Source: Acholeplasmataceae bacterium (GTDB lineage: Bacteria > Bacillota_I > Bacilli_A > Acholeplasmatales > Acholeplasmataceae). From it: a stretch of DNA of 64,000 nt. Under the pieces are notes generated by a model that saw nothing but the letters and a program-made list of their open reading frames with translations, did not search any database and was not told where the DNA came from. Position numbers and translations under genes: made by a program. Below, piece by piece: positions 20,856-31,024 of the stretch (within the stretch, counting starts at the first letter, position 1; each line of letters begins with the position of its first letter). The stretch lies in NCBI GenBank assembly GCA_963667565.1, contig OY763415.1:704001-768000 (forward strand), written 5' to 3'.

Positions 20856-20878
20856 GAACCCTAGTGGTTCTTTTTTTA
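20854..20878 (+). terminator. glgA terminator
   Basis: AAGAACC-ctagt-GGTTCTT followed by Ts. Confidence 0.75.
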
Positions 20879-20910
20879 TGTTATAATTTTTTTATAAAAA
20901 GGAGTTTATT

Positions 20911-21597
20911 ATGAAACACTTAAAATGGTTCACTACAAGTTTTATCATCATCGAATTATTTTTATGGGTATCTATCCTTTTTTTTGACTACAATTTGCCA
21001 AGTGGAAGTCTTCATTATTTATCCATCATCATTTGTGCTATTTATGTCCTTTTAACTTATCAAAAGACAAAAGATCAAACATTTCTCATACTTGCTTTTT
21101 CTGCAACTTTGATTGCTGATTATTTTTTAACTTTGCTTCAAACTAGTCAATTACTTGGAACATTCTTCTTTTTCCTAGTACAGGTATTTTATTTTATGAG
21201 ACTCATTAATCTTTATAAAAACAGATTTTTTCTTGTCTATATATTTTCATTTATATTATTATCAATTATTATTTTTTCTATCACTCAAACATTCGATTAT
21301 TTACTACTATTATCTGTTTTGTATTTCACCATCTTAGTATGCAATATGATATTTGCATTTAAAAAATCAAAACTCATCTTATTATTTGCTCTAGCATTAC
21401 TTTTACAAATCGGTGCTGATTTATTTGTAGCCATGCATGCTGGTTTAGTTTATATTGATTTAAATCAATTTCAAGTATTTTATATACTACTACATTTACC
21501 CATAAATATGATTTGGCTATTTTATGTACCAGCTCAAGTATTATTTGCTTTATCTGGAAGATTCAACCATTTAGAAAAAGGAGAAACTCATGTTTGA
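20911..21597 (+). CDS. Multi-pass membrane protein, possibly YhhN/lysoplasmalogenase-like
   Basis: About 7 TMs; 'TLIADYFL', 'FFLVQ', 'ADLFVA', 'WLFYVPAQ'. Confidence 0.6.
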   Translation: MKHLKWFTTSFIIIELFLWVSILFFDYNLPSGSLHYLSIIICAIYVLLTYQKTKDQTFLILAFSATLIADYFLTLLQTSQLLGTFFFFLVQVFYFMRLINLYKNRFFLVYIFSFILLSIIIFSITQTFDYLLLLSVLYFTILVCNMIFAFKKSKLILLFALALLLQIGADLFVAMHAGLVYIDLNQFQVFYILLHLPINMIWLFYVPAQVLFALSGRFNHLEKGETHV

Positions 21598-22156
21598 ACA
21601 ATTAAGAGCTTATCAACCCCAAAATGAACAAGAAACAACTGATTTAAAAGCCATGTTAGATTTTATCGACCATTATGATAACACACTTTATCGCGATAAT
21701 CTTATTGCTCATTTTACTGCTTCTGCCATTGTGCTTAATCAAAATATGACTAAAGTGTTATTTGCCTATCATACCATTTATGATTCATTTGGATGGGTAG
21801 GTGGCCATAATGATGGAAATCCTAATTTCTTAGAAGTCGCCATTAAAGAAGCAAAGGAAGAAACTGGCCTTAAAGATGTTTATCCACTAAGTGAAGAGAT
21901 TTTAGGTATTGATATTATACAAGTTCAAAACCACATCAAAAAAGGTAAATATGTTGGTGATCACCTGCATTTAAATGTAACATATTTGCTCATTGCAAAC
22001 GATCAACAACAAATCAAACATAAACCTGATGAAAATCAAGCAGTACAATGGTTTGATATCGATACTTATCTCGATGTTGTCAAAGAAGAACGTATGAAAA
22101 CTGTGTATCAAAAATTAATTCATCAAGCATTAGCATTAAAAAACACTTCAAAATAA
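21590..22156 (+). CDS. NUDIX hydrolase
   Basis: Nudix box 'GGHNDG......AIKEAKEETG'; 'HFTASA'. Confidence 0.92.
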   Translation: MFEQLRAYQPQNEQETTDLKAMLDFIDHYDNTLYRDNLIAHFTASAIVLNQNMTKVLFAYHTIYDSFGWVGGHNDGNPNFLEVAIKEAKEETGLKDVYPLSEEILGIDIIQVQNHIKKGKYVGDHLHLNVTYLLIANDQQQIKHKPDENQAVQWFDIDTYLDVVKEERMKTVYQKLIHQALALKNTSK

Positions 22157-22173
22157 ATTGAAGTGTTTTTTTT
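22138..22173. terminator. Bidirectional terminator
   Basis: AAAAAACACTTCAA-aataaa-TTGAAGTGTTTTTT. Confidence 0.85.
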
Positions 22174-22177
22174 AAGA

Positions 22178-25100
22178 TTAATAATAATAATAAAAATCAA
22201 AAATAGTTGTTTCAAAACCAAGCGGTGGATTGACCACTTCTCCAACATATGCATAATCAAATGCTTCATTATCAATCGTTGGACTTGAATTAAATACTAA
22301 CGTACCAATCACTGCGTCTTCAAATGCAAAATCCATAATACGTTCTAATGTTTGAGGAAGTGTTATTTTTGAATACACATCACCACGAATTGCATTTGAT
22401 GCGATGACTGTTACACCTTCAGGTATCACTAACTCACCTAAATCATCATAATAATCAAATACGTCAACATCTAAAAGCACACCGTCAACGATGTAGAAAC
22501 CATCTTGGCCATTAAGTTCATCAAATGGATCCCATATATAATTCATTTCTGATGCATCTTCAAATGTAACGTTAGACAATGGATTATTTCCAAAACTTGC
22601 ATAGTCTAAATACTTGATTGTACTTGGAATGACCAATGTATCTATCGCATTTCCAACAAACACATTTTGATCTAAACGTGTTAATGTAGATGAAAAATTA
22701 ATGGTTGTAATTTGATTATCTTGGAATGCAGCATTTCCTATAACTGTTAACCCTTCATTAAATGTGACTGATGTCAGTGAATTTTGTCTAAAAGCATTAG
22801 ATGCAATATAAACTAAAGTTGAAGGGAAATGAACCTCTGTAATACCTTTATCATAGAATGCAAAACCATCAATATAGACGATACCTTCTGGAATCGTCAC
22901 AACACCATCAAATCCAACAGGTGCTTCAAAACCTATTAAATAATTTCCAACAATCATAAATCCATTACTATCTGGTGTAATCGTATTGTTATTTTTATAG
23001 TTTTCGATGTAATAATAAGCACTATCATCATAAATGTAGTTACCTTCTGCATCTGCATAATATGGTGAAGTTGTAAATGGTTGACCAACAAAATCATAGA
23101 CAACTGTTTGAGATGTATAATACGAATAATAAGGTTTTGCAAATGATGCATAACTAATTTGTGTATTTATACTTGTTGTAACTAACTGATTTAAAGGAAC
23201 ATTTAAGAAAGCTTCTGGGTCAACAATGAGCGCACCTGAAATGTCATAAGATGCTTGTGTGTTTGGTACAGCACCACCTGCAATATAATTGACACCTGTA
23301 GGTACACTAAATGCTTGATCACTCAATGAATAGTAATACAATACATTTTCAAAAATATAAGTACCATCTGTGTGATCTTGATTTGTGACATATGGTGAAT
23401 TCAAATTAAAGACTCTAGAATATTCATTATAACTGCTTGAGAACACTTCTAGATTTAATGAACCATTCACATTGACTTCTGTAAGTGTATCAGTATTGAA
23501 TGCTCCAGACCAAATAAGTGTAATCGTCGATGGTAAATTAAGCACTTCTACTGCACTACCATTAATGAAATCATTTGCAATATCTGTATATCCTTCACCT
23601 ACAGTGACAGTTTTGATTTCAGATTGATATGCCATACGATATGCATTTCTAAGTAAATCTGAGTGTACACTATCTGCGAAAGTAACTTCAAATAATCCTT
23701 GGCTTCCGTAGAATACATAACTTCCCATATTCTCTAAATTACTTCCTAGTGTGATTGATGAGTCATCACCAAATACCGTAGCATAAAATGCTCTAGAATA
23801 AATATACGTTAAACTATTAGGTAAAGTGATGTTTTGACTTTGTTGAATAGCAGCAAAGTAAAACGCGCTATCACCAATAGATACTAATGTTGATGGAAAA
23901 GCAATCGAGTTAAGTTGTATATTTTCAAAAGTATAATTTGCAATTAGTGTAACTCCTTCTGGAATGACAACATCTTGATCAGTAGCGTTTTGATCATAAT
24001 CGACTAGGAATTGATTGCCGAGAATAATCATATCATTTGTATATCCAAATGTTGATCCATTGACAACATCTCTTCCTATTAATTCTAATTTTGAATTTTC
24101 AGAAACAGTTATTGATTCTAAATAAGAATTATAAAATGCTTGATCACCTAAAAATTGTACTGAATCAGGTAAATCAACTGATTGTAAATAAGTATAAGCA
24201 AAAGCTTCTTCTTCAATGATTTTAAGACTATCTACAAATTCAAATGAACTAATTGGACTCTCAGAAAACGCAGCATAACTTATATAAAATAAAGATGCTC
24301 CTTCTTCAAATGTAACAGTTTCTAAATCTGTGCTATAAAATGCATCACTATTAATAATCATCAGTGATTTTGGAAATTCAATAGATGTGAATCCGCTGGT
24401 GTTATTAAATGCATCACTTTCAATCGTTGTTAATTGACTATTTGCTGCAAAATGAATTTGATTAACTGTTCCATCTTCAAATGCTGCATCACCAATGGTT
24501 TGAAGTGAAGCTGGTAGATAAAGATTATTCATTTGTGATTCTAAAAATGCTTCATCACCTACAAATAAATATCCTTCAGGAATAACAACATCATCAAAGT
24601 AATAAACGTCATCACTAAATAAAGACTCAACACCAACAATTTGATATCCATCAAATGTTGTAGGTAAAGTTATGCTTTGACGATCACTTGAATTTGTGTA
24701 TACATCAAATGCACCAGTGTCATTCATACCAGTAATCACTAAACCATATTCATTGTCAAAACTTGAATATTCAAGGTTATATTCATATGCATCTGCCATA
24801 ATAACATAAGTGAACGAAGCTAAGAAAACCATATCACCAGTTAATGTGATTTCATCACCGACTTCTGCAGTTTCAAAAGTTAAATTAAGATTTTGATCAA
24901 CTGAGAAATTATATTTCCAATAACCAAATTCAAAACCAATCTTTTCACCAGCACTTTCTAAAGTGAATGTATCGCCGATATGGCCAACAAATGGAGCTAA
25001 TATAGCATCTCCACCATTTGTATTAAATACAGCTGTATATGTGAAATCACTCGTGTAATATGCATAAAGGAATAGTGTATCATTAACAACTGAACCATCA

Positions 25101-26326
25101 GCTACTAGGCTATCTAAATCATTAATTGAAGTAACCCAACCCTCAAAAGTATGTTCAGCGAATGTTGGATCTGTTGGATAAGTTAATTGTGAACCTACCT
25201 CAATAAATGTTACAACACTTGTGTCATTTAACATATCAATATAAATGACTTCAACCATTTCAACACCATCAACTGTGATTAATACATAATCAGTGACTTG
25301 ATCAACTGTTAATGTGATGACTGCAGTACCTGATGTATGTGCTGTTACAACACCATCATTAGAAATCGTAGCAACTGATTCATTGCTTGATGCCCATACA
25401 GTTTGAGAACCTTCTGGAATATCTAGTGTTGTATTTAACTGATAAGTATCACCAATACCCAAATTTTGAGACGCTTCTGTAATATCAACTGAATAAGTTA
25501 ATACTTCTTCAGTGACTTGAATTAACATATAGTCAGTTGCACTACCATTGGTTAATGTAATCACTGCACTACCTGCAGCAATAGCAGTAACAAGGCCTGT
25601 ATCTGATACAGTTGCAACTTGATTATTACTTGATGCCCATACTGAACTTGATCCTTCTGGAACATCTACAGTTGCATTCAATTGATAAGTAGTATCAATG
25701 TCTAATACTTGTGATGTTTCAGTGATGTCTACTGCATAAGTTAATGGTTCATTTGCTACTTCTACGACTACATAGTCTTTTGCATCACCATTTTGCATAG
25801 TGACAACAGCTAAACCTTCGCTAACTGCAGTTACAAACCCACCATCAGTTACAGTTGCAACATCTTCATTGTTTGAAGTAAATGTTGTTAAACTTTCATC
25901 TTCGACAGTTTGTGTAAATGCTAGTTGATATGTTCCATCTACAGCAAGTGATACAGAAACATCTGTAATATCAACTGTATATGTTGTTTGTTCCCCATTA
26001 ACAAAAACAATGACATAGTCAGATGCAGTATCATTAGTTAATGTAATGACTGCTACACCTTCTCCTATAGCTGTAACTAAACCTGTATCTGAAATTGATG
26101 CAACTTGCTCATCGCTAGTTGCCCAAGTTGAAGTTGTTCCCTCTAAAACATCTTCTAAATAAGTTAATTGCTCAGTATCTGAAATACTTAGCGTTAATGA
26201 TTCTTGTGTAATATCGATCGATGTCGTCGGTGTTTCAGCTCGATTTGTGAATAAAAAACCGAATAGCGCGATGATTAATAATAAACCACCACCACCTGCA
26301 TAATATGCTAGTTTTAAACCTTTCAT
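22178..26326 (-). CDS. Large surface protein: N-terminal TM, 4 Big_2 (Ig-like) repeats, 2 InlB-B/Flg_new-like repeats, BspA-type LRR (LRR_5) region
   Basis: Four repeats of 'W/F.SS...VA.(I/V)S..G.VTA...G.AV(I/V)T'; 'P.DPT.....FEGW' and 'FNTNGG' repeats; many 'P.SL..IG..AF' repeats. Confidence 0.88.
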   Translation of the reverse strand: MKGLKLAYYAGGGGLLLIIALFGFLFTNRAETPTTSIDITQESLTLSISDTEQLTYLEDVLEGTTSTWATSDEQVASISDTGLVTAIGEGVAVITLTNDTASDYVIVFVNGEQTTYTVDITDVSVSLAVDGTYQLAFTQTVEDESLTTFTSNNEDVATVTDGGFVTAVSEGLAVVTMQNGDAKDYVVVEVANEPLTYAVDITETSQVLDIDTTYQLNATVDVPEGSSSVWASSNNQVATVSDTGLVTAIAAGSAVITLTNGSATDYMLIQVTEEVLTYSVDITEASQNLGIGDTYQLNTTLDIPEGSQTVWASSNESVATISNDGVVTAHTSGTAVITLTVDQVTDYVLITVDGVEMVEVIYIDMLNDTSVVTFIEVGSQLTYPTDPTFAEHTFEGWVTSINDLDSLVADGSVVNDTLFLYAYYTSDFTYTAVFNTNGGDAILAPFVGHIGDTFTLESAGEKIGFEFGYWKYNFSVDQNLNLTFETAEVGDEITLTGDMVFLASFTYVIMADAYEYNLEYSSFDNEYGLVITGMNDTGAFDVYTNSSDRQSITLPTTFDGYQIVGVESLFSDDVYYFDDVVIPEGYLFVGDEAFLESQMNNLYLPASLQTIGDAAFEDGTVNQIHFAANSQLTTIESDAFNNTSGFTSIEFPKSLMIINSDAFYSTDLETVTFEEGASLFYISYAAFSESPISSFEFVDSLKIIEEEAFAYTYLQSVDLPDSVQFLGDQAFYNSYLESITVSENSKLELIGRDVVNGSTFGYTNDMIILGNQFLVDYDQNATDQDVVIPEGVTLIANYTFENIQLNSIAFPSTLVSIGDSAFYFAAIQQSQNITLPNSLTYIYSRAFYATVFGDDSSITLGSNLENMGSYVFYGSQGLFEVTFADSVHSDLLRNAYRMAYQSEIKTVTVGEGYTDIANDFINGSAVEVLNLPSTITLIWSGAFNTDTLTEVNVNGSLNLEVFSSSYNEYSRVFNLNSPYVTNQDHTDGTYIFENVLYYYSLSDQAFSVPTGVNYIAGGAVPNTQASYDISGALIVDPEAFLNVPLNQLVTTSINTQISYASFAKPYYSYYTSQTVVYDFVGQPFTTSPYYADAEGNYIYDDSAYYYIENYKNNNTITPDSNGFMIVGNYLIGFEAPVGFDGVVTIPEGIVYIDGFAFYDKGITEVHFPSTLVYIASNAFRQNSLTSVTFNEGLTVIGNAAFQDNQITTINFSSTLTRLDQNVFVGNAIDTLVIPSTIKYLDYASFGNNPLSNVTFEDASEMNYIWDPFDELNGQDGFYIVDGVLLDVDVFDYYDDLGELVIPEGVTVIASNAIRGDVYSKITLPQTLERIMDFAFEDAVIGTLVFNSSPTIDNEAFDYAYVGEVVNPPLGFETTIFDFYYYY

Positions 26327-26410
26327 TTTCAACTCTCCTAATATATTTTAAACTTCGTAATAATTATATAAAATAATTAAATTTATACCTAGTGATTTGC
26401 ATTTCAAAAT

Positions 26411-26440
26411 AAAAAGGATACATTGTTCATTGTATCCCTT
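26411..26440 (-). terminator. Terminator of the helicase-nfo operon
   Basis: GGATACA...TGTATCC stem with an A-run on the plus strand. Confidence 0.7.
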
Positions 26441-26453
26441 CATCGTTTGTTTA

Positions 26454-27350
26454 TTATTTATTTTTTTGTTCTAATTTAGTTTTTAGATCAGGATCAAACA
26501 CTTTTGCTCTAATCATTTCGATTTCTTCTAAATATGGTGGTACACCTTCTACATAAGGTGTTTCAAGTATTTTTGGAATATCTTCAAATCCTGGATAATA
26601 AATCACTTTTAGAAGTGCATCAAATCCAATATATCCAAATCCAAAGTTTTCATGTCTATCTTTTGAAGCACCTTGTTCATTCTTAGAATCATTGACATGA
26701 AATACTGATATATAAGACTTACCAACAACTTCATCAAAATGCTTTATGACACCTTCAAAGTCATGTTTAATATCATATCCTGCATCATGTGTATGACATG
26801 TATCAAAACAGACACTTACTCTTGATTTGTCGTAAATTAGATCGATTATAGCTCTAATTTCTTCAAAAGTTTTACCAACTTCGTTACCCTTACCAGCCAT
26901 GGTTTCAAGTGCTATTTTAACATTTAAGTCTTTGGTGTTCTCAATGACTTGATTGACACCTTCTCCGATCCATTTGATGGCTTGTTCTCTATCTAAGCCA
27001 ACTGCACTACCAGGATGTAGCACAATTTGTGTAGCGTGCATTTTTGCTGATCTTTTAATTTCTTCAGTTAAAAAATCAATAGCAAAACTTCTTTTTTCAG
27101 GATCAGGGTTTGCAAGGTTCATAATATATGGTGCATGAACGACGACATCAGTATATGGATTAATATTGTGTTCTTCCATATATGCAAGTGCTTCATTAAT
27201 TTTCATCTTTTCGATATCTGTTCTTCTCGTGTTTTGTGGTGCACCAGTATAGATCATTAATGCAGTTTCTTTATATGAAAGTGCCTCTTTGATTGATCCT
27301 AAAAACATATCAGGACCGCTCATGGATACGTGACTACCTATTTTTAGCAT
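26454..27350 (-). CDS. nfo: Endonuclease IV
   Basis: 'GSHVS', 'HAPY', 'LETMAGKG', 'DTCH', 'HVNDS', 'DRH', 'ILETP'. Confidence 0.96.
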   Translation of the reverse strand: MLKIGSHVSMSGPDMFLGSIKEALSYKETALMIYTGAPQNTRRTDIEKMKINEALAYMEEHNINPYTDVVVHAPYIMNLANPDPEKRSFAIDFLTEEIKRSAKMHATQIVLHPGSAVGLDREQAIKWIGEGVNQVIENTKDLNVKIALETMAGKGNEVGKTFEEIRAIIDLIYDKSRVSVCFDTCHTHDAGYDIKHDFEGVIKHFDEVVGKSYISVFHVNDSKNEQGASKDRHENFGFGYIGFDALLKVIYYPGFEDIPKILETPYVEGVPPYLEEIEMIRAKVFDPDLKTKLEQKNK

Positions 27351-28578
27351 AATATTTTTTTCTCCTAGCTTCTTTTTTAGCTTTATCGACAGCTTTTTGA
27401 TAATTCTTCTTATAATTAGGTTTTACTTTTTTAGGTTTTTTAATTGATTTAATTGCTTCTTTTTCTTCATCTGTCAACACTTTTTGTTTAACTTCTTTTT
27501 TGACAAGTTTTCCATTAGGTTGTAGTACATAGTTTGTAAACTTTACTTGTTTAATGAGTTTCTCAATCTTTCGATGATCTTTAAGTTGTACGATGGTTAT
27601 AACTGTACCATCATTTTCCATTCTGCCTGTACGTCCACTTCTATGGATGAAAAATTCTAAATGATGTGGGAGATCAAAATGAATCACATGAGAAACATCA
27701 AAGTCAAGGCCTCTAGCTGCTACATCGCTTGTAACAACATATTGATATTCGAGTGCTCTAATGTTATCAATGATTTGTTTTCTACGTTTCATTGGTAAAT
27801 CAGAACTATAGTTTGCAACTTTCAATCCTTGTTCATGAAGACTTTGATAAACATTCAATTGATCTTCTTTTCTACTTACAAAGATAAAACATAAATAGGG
27901 TTGTAAATCTTTAATCAAATAATTAAGTGCAACCAATCTGTCCATCTCTTTAATTTGAATGAGCTGATAATCAATATTTAATTCATGCATTTTAGTTGTA
28001 TCTATAAAATCATAAATACCAAAATATGCTTTAATAAATGGTTCCATCTCTTTGGTAATACTTGCGGAAAATAACATGAACTTTGTTTGGTTTAATCTTG
28101 AAATAACAGGATCAATTAACGATAAAAAATCCTCATCAAACATCATATCTGCTTCATCAAAAACCATATATTTTGCAGTAAAAGGTTTTAATGCTTTTAA
28201 GTCCATGGTGTAATTGACTAAACGATAAGGTGTTGTAATGACAATTTGAGGTTGTCTCTTTTCTAACCAATCAAGATCTGATTGCTTATCTTTTCCACCA
28301 ATATAAGCTTTTGTGATGATTTTATCATCAACACCCTTAAGCATATCAAAAACTTGAAGGACAAGTTCATTGGTTGGAACACAAATAATCGCCTGAATTT
28401 GATTGAGTTCTTTATTTATTTTTGATAATATCGGTAAAAGATAAGCATGTGTTTTACCTGTACCAGTAGGTGCTAATCCAACGATATTTTTATGGGAATC
28501 AAACAAATCAAATACACTTTGTTGTATAGGTGTTATTTTTTCAAACCCGAGTTTTTCTAATTTTTCTTTAATATACAT
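27334..28578 (-). CDS. DEAD-box RNA helicase (CshB-like)
   Basis: Q motif TPIQ, APTGTGKT, PTNEL, DEAD, SAS, ARGLD, HRSGRTGR; lies next to nfo, as Bacillus cshB does. Confidence 0.93.
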   Translation of the reverse strand: MYIKEKLEKLGFEKITPIQQSVFDLFDSHKNIVGLAPTGTGKTHAYLLPILSKINKELNQIQAIICVPTNELVLQVFDMLKGVDDKIITKAYIGGKDKQSDLDWLEKRQPQIVITTPYRLVNYTMDLKALKPFTAKYMVFDEADMMFDEDFLSLIDPVISRLNQTKFMLFSASITKEMEPFIKAYFGIYDFIDTTKMHELNIDYQLIQIKEMDRLVALNYLIKDLQPYLCFIFVSRKEDQLNVYQSLHEQGLKVANYSSDLPMKRRKQIIDNIRALEYQYVVTSDVAARGLDFDVSHVIHFDLPHHLEFFIHRSGRTGRMENDGTVITIVQLKDHRKIEKLIKQVKFTNYVLQPNGKLVKKEVKQKVLTDEEKEAIKSIKKPKKVKPNYKKNYQKAVDKAKKEARRKKYYAKNR

Positions 28579-28671
28579 AAAATCACCAAAATAAGTATAC
28601 CATTTTTTTAAGATTAAAGTAAAAATAACGGCATTTACATCATTTTTTAGTATAATAAAAGTGGTGATTAA

Positions 28672-29601
28672 ATGAAAGTAATCGAAATCACACCTCGAGG
28701 TTATTGTCACGGTGTATTAAACGCCCTGGCAATCGTTAAAAAGGTGATTAAAACAGAATCTTATCCTAGACCCATTTACGTCTTAGGACAAATTGTTCAT
28801 AACCAACAAATTACGAACTTTTTTTCTACTTATGGCGTCATAAGTCTAGATCAACCAAATAAAACTAGACTTGAAATGCTAGAATCGATTGATAGCGGCA
28901 CAGTCATCTTTACTGCACATGGTATTAGTCAAAAAGTCATTGAACGTGCTAAAGAAAAAGGGTTAACTTACATGAACGCTACATGTCGTGATGTGTTAAA
29001 AGTCCATAAAGCTGTTCAATCTAAAATTGATGATGGATATAAAGTTATTTATATTGGTCACAGAAATCATCCAGAACCAGAGGGTGTCTTAGATATAAGT
29101 GATGATATCTATTTTGTAGAAAATGAAAAGGATGTTCTCATGCTACCTCAAAATTTAACTGATGAGAAGCTATTTGTTACAAATCAAACCACATTAAGTA
29201 TGTATGATATAGAAAGTGTATTAAAAGTCATTGAAACGAAGTTTCCAGATTATGAGTTTGATAATGAAATCTGTAACGCGACAACCATCAGACAAGATGC
29301 AGTCATGAATCAAGATGAAGTGGATTTAATGCTTGTTGTAGGTGACAAAAAATCATCTAATTCAAACAAACTTGTTCAAGTAGGTAAGAAAACAAAAGCA
29401 AAAGTTAGCTTTTTGATTCAAAATGTTGATGATATTGAGATGGAATGGCTATTAAATGCAGACACAGTGAGTGTCACCAGTGGCGCATCAACACCGACTT
29501 CTGTTACAAATGAAGTCATCGACTTCTTAAAACAATATAAAAAAGATGATCCAAGCACTTGGGATCATCATTCAAAACTTGATGTAAAAGACATTATCTA
29601 A
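28672..29601 (+). CDS. ispH: 4-hydroxy-3-methylbut-2-enyl diphosphate reductase
   Basis: 'PRGYCHGV', 'IVHN', 'TAHG', 'ATC', 'HPE', 'QTT', 'ICNAT', 'SSNS', 'SGASTP'. Confidence 0.96.
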   Translation: MKVIEITPRGYCHGVLNALAIVKKVIKTESYPRPIYVLGQIVHNQQITNFFSTYGVISLDQPNKTRLEMLESIDSGTVIFTAHGISQKVIERAKEKGLTYMNATCRDVLKVHKAVQSKIDDGYKVIYIGHRNHPEPEGVLDISDDIYFVENEKDVLMLPQNLTDEKLFVTNQTTLSMYDIESVLKVIETKFPDYEFDNEICNATTIRQDAVMNQDEVDLMLVVGDKKSSNSNKLVQVGKKTKAKVSFLIQNVDDIEMEWLLNADTVSVTSGASTPTSVTNEVIDFLKQYKKDDPSTWDHHSKLDVKDII

Positions 29602-29608
29602 TGTCTTT

Positions 29609-30739
29609 TTATTTTTTATTAAATAAGTGAACTTCTCGTTTTGTGAATTCTTGATAATTGAATAAATTGATATCCACTTTTAAATCTTTTTTTAGCATGA
29701 CTTGTTGAAATGTCACACCAATTAACCGCACTGGTTCGCCATCATAATAGGTTTCAAAGACTTCATGTATTTGATTTTTAATTCTATCAAAATCATCATG
29801 ATAATCGTTAAATGAAAAACTTCTTGTCATTAATTTAAAATCTTGGTATTTAAGTTTAATACCCACTGTTTTTACTACATATTCTTCTTTAATTAATCTT
29901 TGATAAGTAACTAAAATAAGATCATCAATAATTGATAATAAAGCATCCGATTCATCCATCACATAATTAAGCGTTGTTTCATTACTCATTGATTGATGAA
30001 TGCTATATTTATCTGGATCGACGATATCATTGCTTCTTCCTAAAATATGGTCTAAATAAGATTCATATGATTGAATTGACATCATTTCAAGTATATTATC
30101 TTTATTTCCTTCTTTTGTGAAATCTCCAATCGTTTTAATACCTACATCTTCTAATCTTGGATAAGTTTTTTTACCTATACCATGCATTTCTTTAATGGGT
30201 AGTGGAAATAATTTTGAGACAATATCTTTTTTTCTAATGACTGTTATACCAAGAGGTTTTTGCATATCAGAAGCCATCTTTGCTAAAAATAGTGTTGGAC
30301 CAATACCAATTGAACATGGCAATTGATGCTCTTTCATCAATCCCTCTTGAATTTCTTTTGCAATCTCTAATGGATGTTTAGTTTTTGACAATTGAGTCAT
30401 ATCAACATATCCCTCATCAATCGAGCCAGGTAAAACTAAATCAGAATATTTACTTAGATAAGTAAAAAATAGTTTCGAGTATTTTCTATATAATTTAAAA
30501 TCAGTTGGAACGACAACTAATTTGGGATATCTTTCAAAAGCATCGTTTAAATTCATACCACTACCAATACCATATTTTCTAGCTTTATAACTCGCAGTCG
30601 AAATCACGCCTCTTCTTGTTACACCACTACCACCAACAACAAACACCTTATCTTTTAAATAAGGTTCTTTGATTAAAGCACAGCTACAAAAGAAAGCATT
30701 TAAATCAATATGAAATATGATTTTTACGTTGTTTTTAAT
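29609..30739 (-). CDS. dinB: DNA polymerase IV (Y-family), probable ATT start
   Basis: The frame extends 31 codons upstream of the track start and includes 'IIFHIDLNAFFCS'; also 'SYKARKYG', 'SIDEGY', 'KMASD..KP.G'. Confidence 0.92.
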   Translation of the reverse strand: MKNNVKIIFHIDLNAFFCSCALIKEPYLKDKVFVVGGSGVTRRGVISTASYKARKYGIGSGMNLNDAFERYPKLVVVPTDFKLYRKYSKLFFTYLSKYSDLVLPGSIDEGYVDMTQLSKTKHPLEIAKEIQEGLMKEHQLPCSIGIGPTLFLAKMASDMQKPLGITVIRKKDIVSKLFPLPIKEMHGIGKKTYPRLEDVGIKTIGDFTKEGNKDNILEMMSIQSYESYLDHILGRSNDIVDPDKYSIHQSMSNETTLNYVMDESDALLSIIDDLILVTYQRLIKEEYVVKTVGIKLKYQDFKLMTRSFSFNDYHDDFDRIKNQIHEVFETYYDGEPVRLIGVTFQQVMLKKDLKVDINLFNYQEFTKREVHLFNKK

Positions 30740-30807
30740 TGATATCTCTTCCTTTCAATGTCATTTTAGTGTATAATACTATTGAAATTAAGGACGAGGT
30801 GATTACA

Positions 30808-30984
30808 TTGGACAAAAAAGTTTCAAAAAATAATACTCAAGTATCAAACCATCCAAATCAAAAACACTACCAAAATCCTACTGAAACATGGTGGGGTAAA
30901 ATCGTAGTTTGGATTTTACTATTTGGAATGGTTGGACTCATCATCCTATCATTTGTACTTGCAGTCATGTCAGGAACAGCATAA
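30808..30984 (+). CDS. Small single-TM membrane protein (58 aa)
   Basis: TTG start after GAGGTG, a TATAAT upstream, and its own terminator. Confidence 0.7.
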   Translation: MDKKVSKNNTQVSNHPNQKHYQNPTETWWGKIVVWILLFGMVGLIILSFVLAVMSGTA

Positions 30985-31001
30985 TCCATTTGAAGAAATA
31001 T

Positions 31002-31022
31002 AGGTGCCTAGGCACCTTTTTT
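31002..31022 (+). terminator. Terminator
   Basis: AGGTGCC-ta-GGCACCT followed by Ts. Confidence 0.75.
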
Positions 31023-31024
31023 CT

